Notes under the pieces: generated by a model
Told to the model about the DNA's origin: nothing
Databases searched by the model: none
What the model saw: only the letters and a program-made list of their open reading frames with translations
Made by a program: the position numbers and the translations under genes
Source of the DNA: an uncultured archaeon
GTDB taxonomy: Archaea; Altiarchaeota; Altiarchaeia; IMC4; SCGC-AAA252-I15
NCBI GenBank assembly: GCA_964587725.1
Contig: CAZPLO010000001.1
Location: 151,208 to 215,207, forward strand
DNA length: 64,000 nucleotides
Direction: 5' to 3'
Part shown: positions 39,691 through 49,583 of the stretch, piece after piece
How positions within the stretch are numbered: position 1 is the first letter of the stretch
How the letters are laid out: each line of letters begins with the position of its first letter

Positions 39691-42057
39691 ATGTTTGTTG
39701 AGCACCCGCTGGTGAGGAGGAGGAAGCTGGACCTGCGGCGGTATCAGGAGAGCATAATAGCGAGGGCCATCGAGGAGAACACGCTGGTCGTCCTGCCCAC
39801 GGGACTGGGGAAGACGATTGTGGCTGCGATGGTGGCCGCCCACCGGCTCCACAAGTACCCGAATAGCAGGGTATTGTTTCTCGCACCCACTAAGCCGCTG
39901 GTGGTGCAGCACAAAAAAACCTTCCATGAACTGTTGAACGTCGAGGAACTGGCGGTGTTGACAGGCAACGACCCCGTGAAGAAGCGGAGGGAGAAGTGGG
40001 GCGAAAACAGTATACTGTTCGCGACCCCGCAGACCATAGAAAACGACATCATAAGAGGGTTGGACCTCAGTGACGTGTCGCTGATTGTGTTCGACGAAGC
40101 ACACCGCGCAACAGGCAGCTACAGTTACGCCCCCATAGCGGAGGAGTACGTGAAGAAGAGTCATTTCCCGCTGACGCTTGCGCTGACCGCCAGCCCCAGC
40201 AGCGAGAAGGAAAAGGTGGCTGAGGTATGCAAAAACCTACACATCCGGTACGTGGAGGCGAAGACCGACCTGGACAAGGACGTGAAACCCTACATCAAGG
40301 AGGTGAAGGTCAGGTGGGTGAAGGTCGACCTCCCGGAGGAGTTCAATGCCGTGCAGAAACTGCTGCAGGATGTTTTGCGCGACGAGGTGAGGAAGCTGAA
40401 ACAACTCGGCTACCTCGAAAGCGCGAATTTGAGCAAGGCGAACAAGCGGGTGCTGCTGGGCATACAACAGGAGGTCCGTAAGGACATCACCTCCGGGGTG
40501 GAGGCGTACAGTGCAGCATCGGTGGTGGCGGCCGCAATCAAGGTCAACCACGCCATCGAACTCCTTGAAACGCAGGGCATCAGCGCGTTGGACGAGTACC
40601 TCCGCCGGCTGAGAAGCCAGCGTAGCAAGGCAGTGAAGAAGCTGATGCACGACTACAAGATGATGAAGGCGATGACCGACGTCAAAGCCCTCCGAAGGAA
40701 TGGGGTGGAGCACCCGAAGCTGGATGAGGTCGCGCGGATTGTGAAGAAATACGGGGGGAAGAAGGTGCTGGTATTCACCCAGTACAGGGACAGCGTCGAA
40801 ACCATAATAGACCGTCTGAACGCGGAAGACATACTCGCCCACGAGTTCATAGGGCAGGCGTCGAAGGGCGTGAAGTCCGGTATGACGCAGACGCAGCAGA
40901 TAAAGATTCTGGAGAGATTCAGGGAAGGCGCCTACACCGCGTTGGTCGCAACCTCGGTAGCGGAGGAAGGACTGGATATTCCGAAGGTGGATGCGGTGGT
41001 ATTCTACGAACCCGTGCCCTCCGAAATAAGAACGATACAGCGGAGGGGCAGAACCGGCAGAAGCGCCACCGGAGAAGTGTATGTGCTGATTGCAAAAGGC
41101 ACCAGGGACGAAGGCTACTACTGGGCGTCCGTGCACAAGGAACGGAGGATGGGGAAGATAGTCAGGGAGCTGCGGACGGGACTGAATGAACAGAAGACCA
41201 TGGGCGAATACGAGGGGTCGGAGGCGCCGGTGGGGGACGAGGAGATGGGGGCGTCTAATGTGGTGGAAGACGACGTTGTGGCGGAGTCTGAGAAGGGAGA
41301 CGTCGGCGAGGCAGGGGATGAAGTCGACTTCGCTGAAACAATGGTGTCGGACGTTCCGGAGCCCGTCAAAGGGGTGGGCCAGCAGAGTATCGTGTCGTTC
41401 AACATGGACTCCGGAGAGGGCGTTAGGATTATAGTGGATGCGAGGGAGCGGAACACCGCCATACTGTCGTCTCTGAAGGAACGGTGCGATATAGAGTTGA
41501 AGCAGCTGCCCGTCGGAGACTACCTGCTGTCGGACAGGGTGTGCGTGGAGCGGAAGACCATGGGCGACTTCCTCCAGAGCATCATAGACAAGCGGCTGAT
41601 GACACAGGTGGCGGAGATGCGCCGCAACTTCCCCATACCACTGCTGATACTCGAGGGAGTCGACGAACTGTATGCGCAGCGGAACATACACCCCAACGCC
41701 GTCCGCGGCGCCATCGCCGCGATTGCGGTAGACTTCGACATACCCATCATTCCGACAGAAGACGAAGAAGACACGGCCATGATGCTGTATGCGATAGCGA
41801 AACGCGAGCAGGAAGACAACAAGAGAGTGGTGGCGTTGCGCGGCGAACGCAAGCCGGAGCTGCTCAAGGAGAGACAGCGGTTCATAGTCGAATCACTGCC
41901 CAATGTGTCCGCGGTCCTCGCCGACCGGCTGCTGGAGGAGTTCGGGTCGGTGGAGGCGGTGATGAACGCGGACCGCAAGAAACTGATGAAGGTGGAGGGC
42001 ATAGGGGAGAAGAAGGCGGATGAGATACGGAAAACCGTTAAAAGCAGGTACAAATAA
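39691..42057 (+). CDS. hef: Hef helicase-nuclease (SF2 + ERCC4 + HhH)
   Basis: LPTGLGKT, DEAH, TASP, QRRGRTGR, GDY..VERKT nuclease motif, tandem HhH. Confidence 0.95.
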   Translation: MFVEHPLVRRRKLDLRRYQESIIARAIEENTLVVLPTGLGKTIVAAMVAAHRLHKYPNSRVLFLAPTKPLVVQHKKTFHELLNVEELAVLTGNDPVKKRREKWGENSILFATPQTIENDIIRGLDLSDVSLIVFDEAHRATGSYSYAPIAEEYVKKSHFPLTLALTASPSSEKEKVAEVCKNLHIRYVEAKTDLDKDVKPYIKEVKVRWVKVDLPEEFNAVQKLLQDVLRDEVRKLKQLGYLESANLSKANKRVLLGIQQEVRKDITSGVEAYSAASVVAAAIKVNHAIELLETQGISALDEYLRRLRSQRSKAVKKLMHDYKMMKAMTDVKALRRNGVEHPKLDEVARIVKKYGGKKVLVFTQYRDSVETIIDRLNAEDILAHEFIGQASKGVKSGMTQTQQIKILERFREGAYTALVATSVAEEGLDIPKVDAVVFYEPVPSEIRTIQRRGRTGRSATGEVYVLIAKGTRDEGYYWASVHKERRMGKIVRELRTGLNEQKTMGEYEGSEAPVGDEEMGASNVVEDDVVAESEKGDVGEAGDEVDFAETMVSDVPEPVKGVGQQSIVSFNMDSGEGVRIIVDARERNTAILSSLKERCDIELKQLPVGDYLLSDRVCVERKTMGDFLQSIIDKRLMTQVAEMRRNFPIPLLILEGVDELYAQRNIHPNAVRGAIAAIAVDFDIPIIPTEDEEDTAMMLYAIAKREQEDNKRVVALRGERKPELLKERQRFIVESLPNVSAVLADRLLEEFGSVEAVMNADRKKLMKVEGIGEKKADEIRKTVKSRYK

Positions 42058-42080
42058 GAGTAAAGTAAAGAGTTTAAACG

Positions 42081-43523
42081 ATGGACGACACCGAGGAGAA
42101 GCGCCGGGAGTGGAGGGCCATCCGCAGGCGAGAAGATGCCAGGCAACGGAAGCTGGAGGAGCTGAAAAACGTCATAGAAGACGTTGAAGGCGGGCGGAAG
42201 ACCGCAAAAAGCCTGCTGAAGATTGTGATACACGGCGACGGCGTGAAAGCCAGCGACGCAGCCGACATGCTCGGGGTGAAGAAGAAGACCGTCGACGGGT
42301 GGATTAACGCATTGAAGTCACGGAAGCTCGTTGAAGTTGACGGTGAAACCCACCCCAACCCCACCATAAAACCGTCCGCCGAGGTGCTGGAGCGGCTGAA
42401 GCGGGTGAGGAGCAGCAGGTCAGACGCCGGACCCACCCAGACGGAACTCCGGAGGGTGGAGGAGGAGCTGGAGAAGGAACGCCGGCTGAGGGAGAAACTC
42501 GAAGACCAGCTCGCCGAGAAAGACAGCATGATAAAGGGGGTGGAGGAGGAGCTGCTGACAGAGAAGAAACTCAGGGCCAGCCTCGAGGAAAGACTCAAGG
42601 AGGCGAGGGAGGAGCGGGGCGAGAAAACCGAGGAGACGGTCGAGGAGTTCGAGAAACAGCTGCGGAGAGAACGGGCTGAACGCAAGAAGCTGGAGGATGC
42701 TTTGAGGAAGAAGCAGGAGGAGTTGGAGTCCTACGAGCGGGAGCTGGAGCGGCAGCGCATCCTCGAGGAAGACAAGGACATAGAGTTGATACTGGATGAA
42801 ACCCCCGACGAAAGACCGGGTGACAGCGGCAGACTCATAGCAGATATCAGAGACAGGATAAAAGACGTCAAAGGCAAACTAGCCTCCCTGAAAGGCGGGG
42901 TGGGGGAGGAAATAGGGGAGATAGTCGACGAGGAGGAAGAAGTCAGCCGGATACTTGCGGATGAAGCGAAGGCCTTTTCCGAAGAATCCGGAAAACCGCC
43001 AGCCCCCGAAGAGGAAGTATTGGAGGGGATCCCCCCCGAACCTGCGGTGGAGGTTAAAGAGGAGAAGGTGGAAGCATCAGCGGAAGCCGCTCCTGAGGAG
43101 AAGGATGAAGTCAATGTGAAAACGCCCGCCCAAGCCGAACCGATGACTGAAATGGAGGAGGCTAAACCGGAGGAACAAACACCGGCCGAACAACCTGCCC
43201 CCGAGCCTGTGGAGGAGAACGCGGAAGCCCCCGTGGAACGACCCGCTCCCGCGCCTGAAAAGCCCGGCGTAAACGTCAAAACCCTGGTGGACTTGCTGTC
43301 CAAGAAAAGGAAGCTGAAGGAAAGCGAGGTTAAGGCCTTGGCCGGCGGGAAAGCGTCGGAGTGGATTAGGATACTGGCTGACAAGGGCGTGGTCGAGGTC
43401 AAGTCACCCATGTTGGGGGGGAAGGAGGTGGCGGTGAAGGAGGGCGCCGACCTGGAGGCTGTGAAGGCAGAGTTGGAGGCTGATGAGATACGGGAGGAGC
43501 TGCGGAGGATGCGGGGCAAGTGA
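42081..43523 (+). CDS. Hypothetical: wHTH - coiled coil - acidic Pro-rich linker - wHTH
   Basis: AADMLGVKKKTVDGWINALKSRKLVEV and SEWIRILADKGVVEV wHTH-like ends; E/K/R-rich heptads. Confidence 0.7.
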   Translation: MDDTEEKRREWRAIRRREDARQRKLEELKNVIEDVEGGRKTAKSLLKIVIHGDGVKASDAADMLGVKKKTVDGWINALKSRKLVEVDGETHPNPTIKPSAEVLERLKRVRSSRSDAGPTQTELRRVEEELEKERRLREKLEDQLAEKDSMIKGVEEELLTEKKLRASLEERLKEAREERGEKTEETVEEFEKQLRRERAERKKLEDALRKKQEELESYERELERQRILEEDKDIELILDETPDERPGDSGRLIADIRDRIKDVKGKLASLKGGVGEEIGEIVDEEEEVSRILADEAKAFSEESGKPPAPEEEVLEGIPPEPAVEVKEEKVEASAEAAPEEKDEVNVKTPAQAEPMTEMEEAKPEEQTPAEQPAPEPVEENAEAPVERPAPAPEKPGVNVKTLVDLLSKKRKLKESEVKALAGGKASEWIRILADKGVVEVKSPMLGGKEVAVKEGADLEAVKAELEADEIREELRRMRGK

Positions 43524-44821
43524 TGGGCATCCTCATACTGAATTCCGGACGGTGTAGCCACGGCAGATGCTATTTCTGCGGATACGGGAGGATACGGGGC
43601 AGCCCGCCGACGGAAGAGAACGTCACCGGATGCTTAAAAGATTTCTTCAACAGTTTGGAGGGGAATGAGGTTAGAGTATACGGTTCAGGTAGCTTCTTCG
43701 ACGAGAAACAGGTTCCCGCCTCGGCGAGAAGATACTTCATAGAAGAATGCCGGAGAAAAAAGGTCGGGTACGTGCAGGTGGAGTCCAGGCCCGAATACGT
43801 TACAAAAGAGGTGCTGCGGGAGTTCCAGGGGCTGAACGTGGCGGTTGCGATGGGGCTGGAGTCCGCAGACGACGAGTTGCTGAAGAAGCTGGAGAAAGGG
43901 TATGGGACAAAGGAGTATGAGGGGGCTGCCGGGAGGATACGCGAGGCGGGTTTCAAGGTGAGGACGTACCTGCTGGTGAACCCGCCGTTCACAGACGACG
44001 TTGACGGTGAGTTGGACATGAGCGTCGAATACGCATTGAAACACTCGGACTCCATTGTGTTGATTAACACGCTCCCGCACAGCAACGCCCCGCTGATGCG
44101 GCAGTGGGTGAGCGGGGAGTGGCGTTTCCTCGGCAGGGAAGAATTCAGGGAGGCTGTGTTCAAGTGGGTCGGAAACCCCAGGGTGGAGGTTGAGGAGGAG
44201 ACCTTCCATTTCACGCCCGTGTTCCCCGACGAGATGCGGGAGGACTTGACCGGGTTGGGCGAGAATTATTTGACCCACCCCCACTTTGAGGCCTGGCACG
44301 ACTACATCATACGGTGGTACAGGCCCCCTGAAGGCAGGGTACTGCTGTTTCTGCCCTGCAGCTACGTGAAACCATATTCCATGTCAAAGACACATAAGGC
44401 GATAATGGAGGTGTTGGGTTCTGACAGGCGCAGGTTCCATGAGGTTATGCTGAGCAACGCCGGAGTCATACCGCGGGAGTTCGAGAACCGTTACCCGTTC
44501 AACAGCTACGACTGGGATGAACGCATGGAGACGCCGGAGATAAAGAGACGTTACATTGAGGTGACATCTGAACGGATTAGGAATTATTTAACCGCGCACA
44601 TGAAATACTATGACGGAGTCGCCTGCTACCTCAAGCCCAGCAGCGAATCATACCAGGCCCTCAAAAAGGCATGTGATGACGTTGGCGTCGGACTCCGGAA
44701 CCTCCTGACAGACGAAACGTATGAGCAAGTGACGGGGGAGAAGAGTCCGCTGCGGACCGCGGAAGCGCTCGGCGACCTCCGGGACGGCATAGGATGGTGT
44801 CTGCGAAATTCCACCTCATAG
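43520..44821 (+). CDS. Radical SAM (RaSEA-like) - ArcS/DUF5591 fusion, candidate archaeosine synthase
   Basis: CSHGRCYFCGY, GSGSFFD, VESRPEYV, MGLES, TYLLVNPPF, then LFLPCSYVKPYSMSKTH and GVIPREFENRYP..YD. Confidence 0.75.
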   Translation: MMGILILNSGRCSHGRCYFCGYGRIRGSPPTEENVTGCLKDFFNSLEGNEVRVYGSGSFFDEKQVPASARRYFIEECRRKKVGYVQVESRPEYVTKEVLREFQGLNVAVAMGLESADDELLKKLEKGYGTKEYEGAAGRIREAGFKVRTYLLVNPPFTDDVDGELDMSVEYALKHSDSIVLINTLPHSNAPLMRQWVSGEWRFLGREEFREAVFKWVGNPRVEVEEETFHFTPVFPDEMREDLTGLGENYLTHPHFEAWHDYIIRWYRPPEGRVLLFLPCSYVKPYSMSKTHKAIMEVLGSDRRRFHEVMLSNAGVIPREFENRYPFNSYDWDERMETPEIKRRYIEVTSERIRNYLTAHMKYYDGVACYLKPSSESYQALKKACDDVGVGLRNLLTDETYEQVTGEKSPLRTAEALGDLRDGIGWCLRNSTS

Positions 44822-45285
44822 GCGAAGACAGCGAGTGGTTCAGGATACGCCTGCAGGAGGAGATACACGCCCACGGAGTTGAAGGCACTGTGTTGTCGGC
44901 CGGCGGGAAGACGCTGGCGATCGTGTTGGAAGGCGACAAAAGCAGGATTAAACGCATGCACACGGACGTCGCAGATTTCCTGCCAGAAGGCGTTGAGAGG
45001 AGCGACCTCCGGTTCAGCGTCCAGACCAGGCACATGCGGATAGCGCAGCCCGGCCGAACCGAAGAGGGCAGGCTGGAGTACATCCTACAGTACCTGAAGG
45101 AGATAGAGAAGGCCGTTCAGCGGATAGACCAGAAAGTGAACACGCTGATCGCGCAGCATGAAGGCTATGGTGGGGCGGAAATACTGAGCAGGAGCAGTTT
45201 GCGAGGAGAAGAAGGCTTCGAATATCAGAACATGGAAGTGGACGAGGACGCGTCTTCGGGTTTCGCGGCCATGTTCGGCGACTAG
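44794..45285 (+). CDS. Degenerate acylphosphatase-like domain + short coiled coil
   Basis: FRIRL..HGVEGTV..GKTLAIVLEGD resembles the AcyP fold but lacks the VQGV/N catalytic motif. Confidence 0.5.
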   Translation: MVSAKFHLIGEDSEWFRIRLQEEIHAHGVEGTVLSAGGKTLAIVLEGDKSRIKRMHTDVADFLPEGVERSDLRFSVQTRHMRIAQPGRTEEGRLEYILQYLKEIEKAVQRIDQKVNTLIAQHEGYGGAEILSRSSLRGEEGFEYQNMEVDEDASSGFAAMFGD

Positions 45286-45476
45286 ATGAGGTCGAGGTTC
45301 TGCTTCAAATCCCGGATACATTTCCTGTACATCTGCTGCTTCTTGGTCTTCACCAGCTTGCTTTCGTCGCTCTTCAGAAGGTCCCTTACCGCATCCTCGG
45401 CTTCCTTGAGCTCGGCCTCCAGTTTGCTCCGCTTATCCTGGGTGCGTTTCCGCGCAGCCTCCGAACGACGGGCCAT
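45282..45476 (-). CDS. Small basic coiled-coil protein
   Basis: 64 aa, helical; stop overlaps the convergent neighbour. Confidence 0.55.
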   Translation of the reverse strand: MARRSEAARKRTQDKRSKLEAELKEAEDAVRDLLKSDESKLVKTKKQQMYRKCIRDLKQNLDLI

Positions 45477-45505
45477 ACCGTAATATATGAACGTAGGTAT
45501 AATAG

Positions 45506-46216
45506 ATGAATATGGAGGTTATACCCGCTATAGACTTGATGGGCGGCAGGTGCGTGCAGCTGGTCGGCGGAGACCCTGAAACCAAGAAGGACTACGGCGA
45601 CCCCGTGGAAAAAGCATTGGATTGGAAGGCCAAGGGCGCGTCCATGCTGCACGTCGTCGACTTGGATGCGGCCCTGGGGAGGGGGGGCAACTTGAACGTG
45701 CTCACCAGATTGAAGAAAGATGTTGGTTTGCCTGTGGAGTTCGGCGGCGGAGTACGGAGCCTGGACCGGGTACGGGAGCTGCTGCGCCTCAACATAGACC
45801 GGGTGATAGTGGGGACGATGGCCGTGAAAGACTACACCGAAGGGTTCAAGGCATTGAAGACCGTTACTGAAGAGTTCGGTGAACGCGTCATAGTCGCGGT
45901 CGACTCCAGGGGAGGGTATGTGACTGTTAAAGGCTGGACCGAGAAAACAAGTTTGGAGGCGGTGGAGCTGGTGAAGGCCGCCAGAGAACACGCGTGGGGC
46001 TTCCTGTACACCGACGTCGACGTGGAGGGCAGGATGGGCGGCGTCAACATAGACCAGGTGAAGAAGGTCGTCGAGGCGAGCGACAAACCGGTTATCGTGT
46101 CAGGCGGCATATCCAGCGCAGAGGACGTTGAAGCGTGCAGGGACTCGGGCGCATGGGGTGTTGTCTTGGGGAAGGCCCTCTACGAAAACAGGTTAAACCT
46201 CGAGGATGTGGTGTGA
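45506..46216 (+). CDS. hisA: ProFAR isomerase
   Basis: IPAIDL, LHVVDLD, FGGGVRS, YTDVDVEG, SGGISS, GKALY. Confidence 0.95.
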   Translation: MNMEVIPAIDLMGGRCVQLVGGDPETKKDYGDPVEKALDWKAKGASMLHVVDLDAALGRGGNLNVLTRLKKDVGLPVEFGGGVRSLDRVRELLRLNIDRVIVGTMAVKDYTEGFKALKTVTEEFGERVIVAVDSRGGYVTVKGWTEKTSLEAVELVKAAREHAWGFLYTDVDVEGRMGGVNIDQVKKVVEASDKPVIVSGGISSAEDVEACRDSGAWGVVLGKALYENRLNLEDVV

Positions 46217-47431
46217 GTGAAAGCGCTCTCCGGCAGGAGGGTTTTCGCCATACTGGTGGTCGTGTATCTGGCGCTCATATTCTTCAACCCCCAAAACGCG
46301 CCGCAGAAGAAGGCAGAATCCTGGGTCGGTGTCCCCGACAGAGTCTACGGAGACGGCTATTTGTACCATCTGCTCACCAAAAACATTGTCGAGGAAGGCC
46401 GGTTGCATGTGGTGGAGAACACCTCCATGTTGTATGACGCCACCGGGTTGAGTCTCGGCGTAGGAGACAGGGTCTACGTCACGCCGTCGCCTGCCATATC
46501 GTTCCTGGCCGCCCCCTTCTACGCGCTGCTGGGTTTTTTCGGCTACTATCTGATGAACGCGCTGCTGGGGCTCCTGACATGCTATGTCATATACAGGATG
46601 TGCTGCCTGTATGCCACGGAGCCGGTGGCAGCCCGGACCACACTGTACTTCGGAGTGGGGACGATGACACTCACATACAGCCAAGTGTTCTACTCCGACA
46701 TACTGTCCGCGGCATTGGCTGCGGGAGCATACTACCTGATGCTGAAGGGGGTGAAAGTAGGAAGCAGCTGGAGGATTATTTACGCCGGTGCGTTGGCTGG
46801 GGTGATGCCGCTGACGAGGCCCACATTGCTGATCATGGTCGCGGTTTACGGGGCGTATATTCTGCACGAAACCCGCAGGCTACTGCCCCTGTACGTTCTA
46901 GGGTTCCTGCTGACAGCGTGGACTTATCCCGCATATAATACGTTGTGTTTCGGGGGGCCGCTGGAGACGGGATACGGCAGCCAGCTCCGGATAGTTGACG
47001 GCGAGATAGAGACCGTGGACCTGAACAGCCCAGGCAGGTGGGGGAAGAACCCCCTGGTGTCTGCGCCGGCGCTGACCATCGTGTTGCTGACCACCAACCC
47101 GGTGCTGCTGGTTTCCATTGCTGGATTGACTAAAGAACGGCGGAGTGAATTCAATGTTCTGGTAGCGTGTTTCCTGCTGCTCGCGTTGGCATACGGGATG
47201 AGATACGACAGCGTCGGAGGATGGAGTTGGAGCTGGAGGTTCATGCTGCCGCTGGTGCCTCTGGCTGCGTTGCCTGCGGCGGTGGCACACGGAAGATACG
47301 TGGACGGGAAGACTGTGAAGCTACTGTTCATGATTTCGGCGTATATGACGCTGCTGAGTCTCGCGCCCATAGCCTGGCATATTATGTCCGGGACGCCGCT
47401 GGTGCAGGCCGCACAGGCCAGCGTTATATAG
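46217..47431 (+). CDS. Multi-pass membrane protein, GT-C glycosyltransferase-like
   Basis: About 10 TM; YGDG loop, YSD, TRP, WSWRFMLP. Confidence 0.6.
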   Translation: MKALSGRRVFAILVVVYLALIFFNPQNAPQKKAESWVGVPDRVYGDGYLYHLLTKNIVEEGRLHVVENTSMLYDATGLSLGVGDRVYVTPSPAISFLAAPFYALLGFFGYYLMNALLGLLTCYVIYRMCCLYATEPVAARTTLYFGVGTMTLTYSQVFYSDILSAALAAGAYYLMLKGVKVGSSWRIIYAGALAGVMPLTRPTLLIMVAVYGAYILHETRRLLPLYVLGFLLTAWTYPAYNTLCFGGPLETGYGSQLRIVDGEIETVDLNSPGRWGKNPLVSAPALTIVLLTTNPVLLVSIAGLTKERRSEFNVLVACFLLLALAYGMRYDSVGGWSWSWRFMLPLVPLAALPAAVAHGRYVDGKTVKLLFMISAYMTLLSLAPIAWHIMSGTPLVQAAQASVI

Positions 47432-47451
47432 AAGCGGCCTTAAATCTTACT

Positions 47452-48213
47452 ATGACTGTTGTGACGTTGACCACCGACTTCGGGTCGGGATACTATGTGG
47501 GGGAGATGAAGGGCGTCATAAAGAAGGTGAACCCCGACGCGGACGTGGTGGACGTAACCCACGGTGTGTCGCGGCACAACATACTGGAGGGCGCGTTCAT
47601 ACTATCGCGCGCGTGGAGGTACTTTCCGAAGAATACGGTGCATGTGGGCGTCGTAGACCCCGGAGTCGGAGGAGAGCGGAAGGCGTTGGCTGTGGAGACG
47701 ACAGACTGCTTCTTCGTGGGCCCGGACAACGGACTACTCCGGTGGGCTTTGAAGGACCAGGACGTGACGAGGATGATTTGCTTAGACACCGTAACGGTGA
47801 AAGAGCGTGCCGGATTAGAGGGGGTTTCCTCCACGTTCCACGGCCGTGACGTGTTCGCGCCGGCCGCGGCGTTGATTGCGAAGGGCGTGGACGTCGACAC
47901 AGTTGGAGAGCGGGTGAGGGAGGTTGAGCCGCTTGACGTCGGGGAAGACAAGGTGGTTCACGTGGACGGGTTCGGAAATATCGTCACCACAGTCGCTAGG
48001 GCGGTGGAGCCGGGGATGGAGTTGAAGGTGGTTCACGGGGGGGAGAGGTACGACGCGGTGTGCGCCACAACGTTCTGCGACGCGGATGAGGGGGAACTCA
48101 TCGTATTGTATGGAAGTCACGGGCTCCTGGAGGTGGACGTGAACCATGGGGACGCGGGAAAACTCCTTGGCGCCAAACCAGGGGACGAGATACGGGTGGA
48201 GCATGCTGGTTGA
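47452..48213 (+). CDS. SAM hydroxide adenosyltransferase (DUF62 / SalL-FlA family)
   Basis: TLTTDFG, VVDPGVG, GPDNG, STFHGRDVF, DGFGN. Confidence 0.93.
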   Translation: MTVVTLTTDFGSGYYVGEMKGVIKKVNPDADVVDVTHGVSRHNILEGAFILSRAWRYFPKNTVHVGVVDPGVGGERKALAVETTDCFFVGPDNGLLRWALKDQDVTRMICLDTVTVKERAGLEGVSSTFHGRDVFAPAAALIAKGVDVDTVGERVREVEPLDVGEDKVVHVDGFGNIVTTVARAVEPGMELKVVHGGERYDAVCATTFCDADEGELIVLYGSHGLLEVDVNHGDAGKLLGAKPGDEIRVEHAG

Positions 48214-48949
48214 CGCCCACTGCCACCTGGATTATCAAGAGTTCGACGCGGACAGAGACGATGTTATGGGGCGGGCTTCGGATATGGTGGTGGTCAACTC
48301 CATAGTCGAACCCGAAAGCGTGGAGAAGGCGTTGGGTTTGTGCAGGAGGTATGAAAACCTGTACTGTACCCTCGGTTTGGGGGCCAGCGACCTTGATGAG
48401 GGGAAATTCCGGGAGACTGTGAAACTGCTCAGAAAACACCGCGGCGAGGTAGTGGGTCTGGGGGAGGTGGGGCTGGACTACCACTGGGTTAAAGACGACG
48501 TGGGGCGTGAAACGGAGGAAAAACACTTCACCGAGTTCATCCGGCTTAGCGGGGAGTTGAAGCTGCCGCTGGTGGTTCACAGCCGCGAAGCCGAACGGGA
48601 GTGCATTAATATATTAGGGAAACATAAGACTAGAGCTATAATGCACTGTTTCTCCGGCACAGTAGAGGAGGCGTTAGATGTCGTGGAACGGGGGTGCCTG
48701 ATTTCGGTCCCAGCCAACGTAGCGCACGTTAAAAGCAGGCAGCGGATGGTGGAGGCACTGCCCCTTGAATCGGTGGTGTTGGAGACCGACTCGCCGTATC
48801 TGAGCCCTGTGAGGGGGGAGCGTAACGAGCCCGTCAACGTCAGGGCGGGGGCTGAGAAGATTGCAGAGTTGAAGGATGTTTCGTTTGACGACGTGGCTGA
48901 GACAACAACGTCGAATGCGCTGGGCTTTTTCGGGATAAAACATGGTTAA
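48203..48949 (+). CDS. tatD: TatD-family nuclease
   Basis: DAHCH, GEVGLDY, VHSR, HCFSG, LETDSP. Confidence 0.93.
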   Translation: MLVDAHCHLDYQEFDADRDDVMGRASDMVVVNSIVEPESVEKALGLCRRYENLYCTLGLGASDLDEGKFRETVKLLRKHRGEVVGLGEVGLDYHWVKDDVGRETEEKHFTEFIRLSGELKLPLVVHSREAERECINILGKHKTRAIMHCFSGTVEEALDVVERGCLISVPANVAHVKSRQRMVEALPLESVVLETDSPYLSPVRGERNEPVNVRAGAEKIAELKDVSFDDVAETTTSNALGFFGIKHG

Positions 48950-49574
48950 GGCTGTACTGCTGGACTGGGATGGGACACTGTGGGACGTGCTCGGGTTCAT
49001 GGTGGAAACGTACACGGACGTGTTCAACCACTTCGGACTGAAGCCTTGGAGCCGCAGTGAATACCAGGAGAAGTTCCGACACGACTGGCGTGACATGCTG
49101 GCGGAGATGGAGTTGATCGAACACGAAGAGTATCTAGTGGAGTACTGGGAGAACAAGATAAAGCATGAGCGGCCCATGGCGTACCCGTGGGTTAGGGAGG
49201 TGGTGGACGAGCTCAACAAAGATTACCTCACAGGCGTGGTTTCGTCCGCCCCGCGGAAGCCGCTGACCAGGGAGCTGAAGAGGAACAACATACTCAAGGA
49301 CATGGAGGTTGTGGTGTCAGGGGACGACTTCGACGAACGCAAGCCGTCTCCGAAGCCGCTGCTGTTCGCGTGCCGCCAGCTGGGCGTACGACCTGGGGAA
49401 TGCGTGTACGTCGGAGACATGGTGGAGGACGTGCAGGCGTGCCGGGAGGCTGGGATGCCCGTGGTGGTGGGCACATGGGGCCTCCACAGCCGCAAACGCC
49501 TGGAAGGGGAGAACCCGGACCACATAGCTGAAAACCCGGGGGAAATGCTGGATTTTATAAAAAAACTCCCATAA
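48942..49574 (+). CDS. HAD-family phosphatase
   Basis: DWDGT, VSS, KPSP, VGDMVED. Confidence 0.9.
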   Translation: MVKAVLLDWDGTLWDVLGFMVETYTDVFNHFGLKPWSRSEYQEKFRHDWRDMLAEMELIEHEEYLVEYWENKIKHERPMAYPWVREVVDELNKDYLTGVVSSAPRKPLTRELKRNNILKDMEVVVSGDDFDERKPSPKPLLFACRQLGVRPGECVYVGDMVEDVQACREAGMPVVVGTWGLHSRKRLEGENPDHIAENPGEMLDFIKKLP

Positions 49575-49583
49575 AGTAAGCCT

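Noticed and set aside
47452-48213. Halogenase (fluorinase/chlorinase)
   Set aside because: Retains the TFHGRD motif of the widespread DUF62 SAM hydrolases, with no secondary-metabolite context
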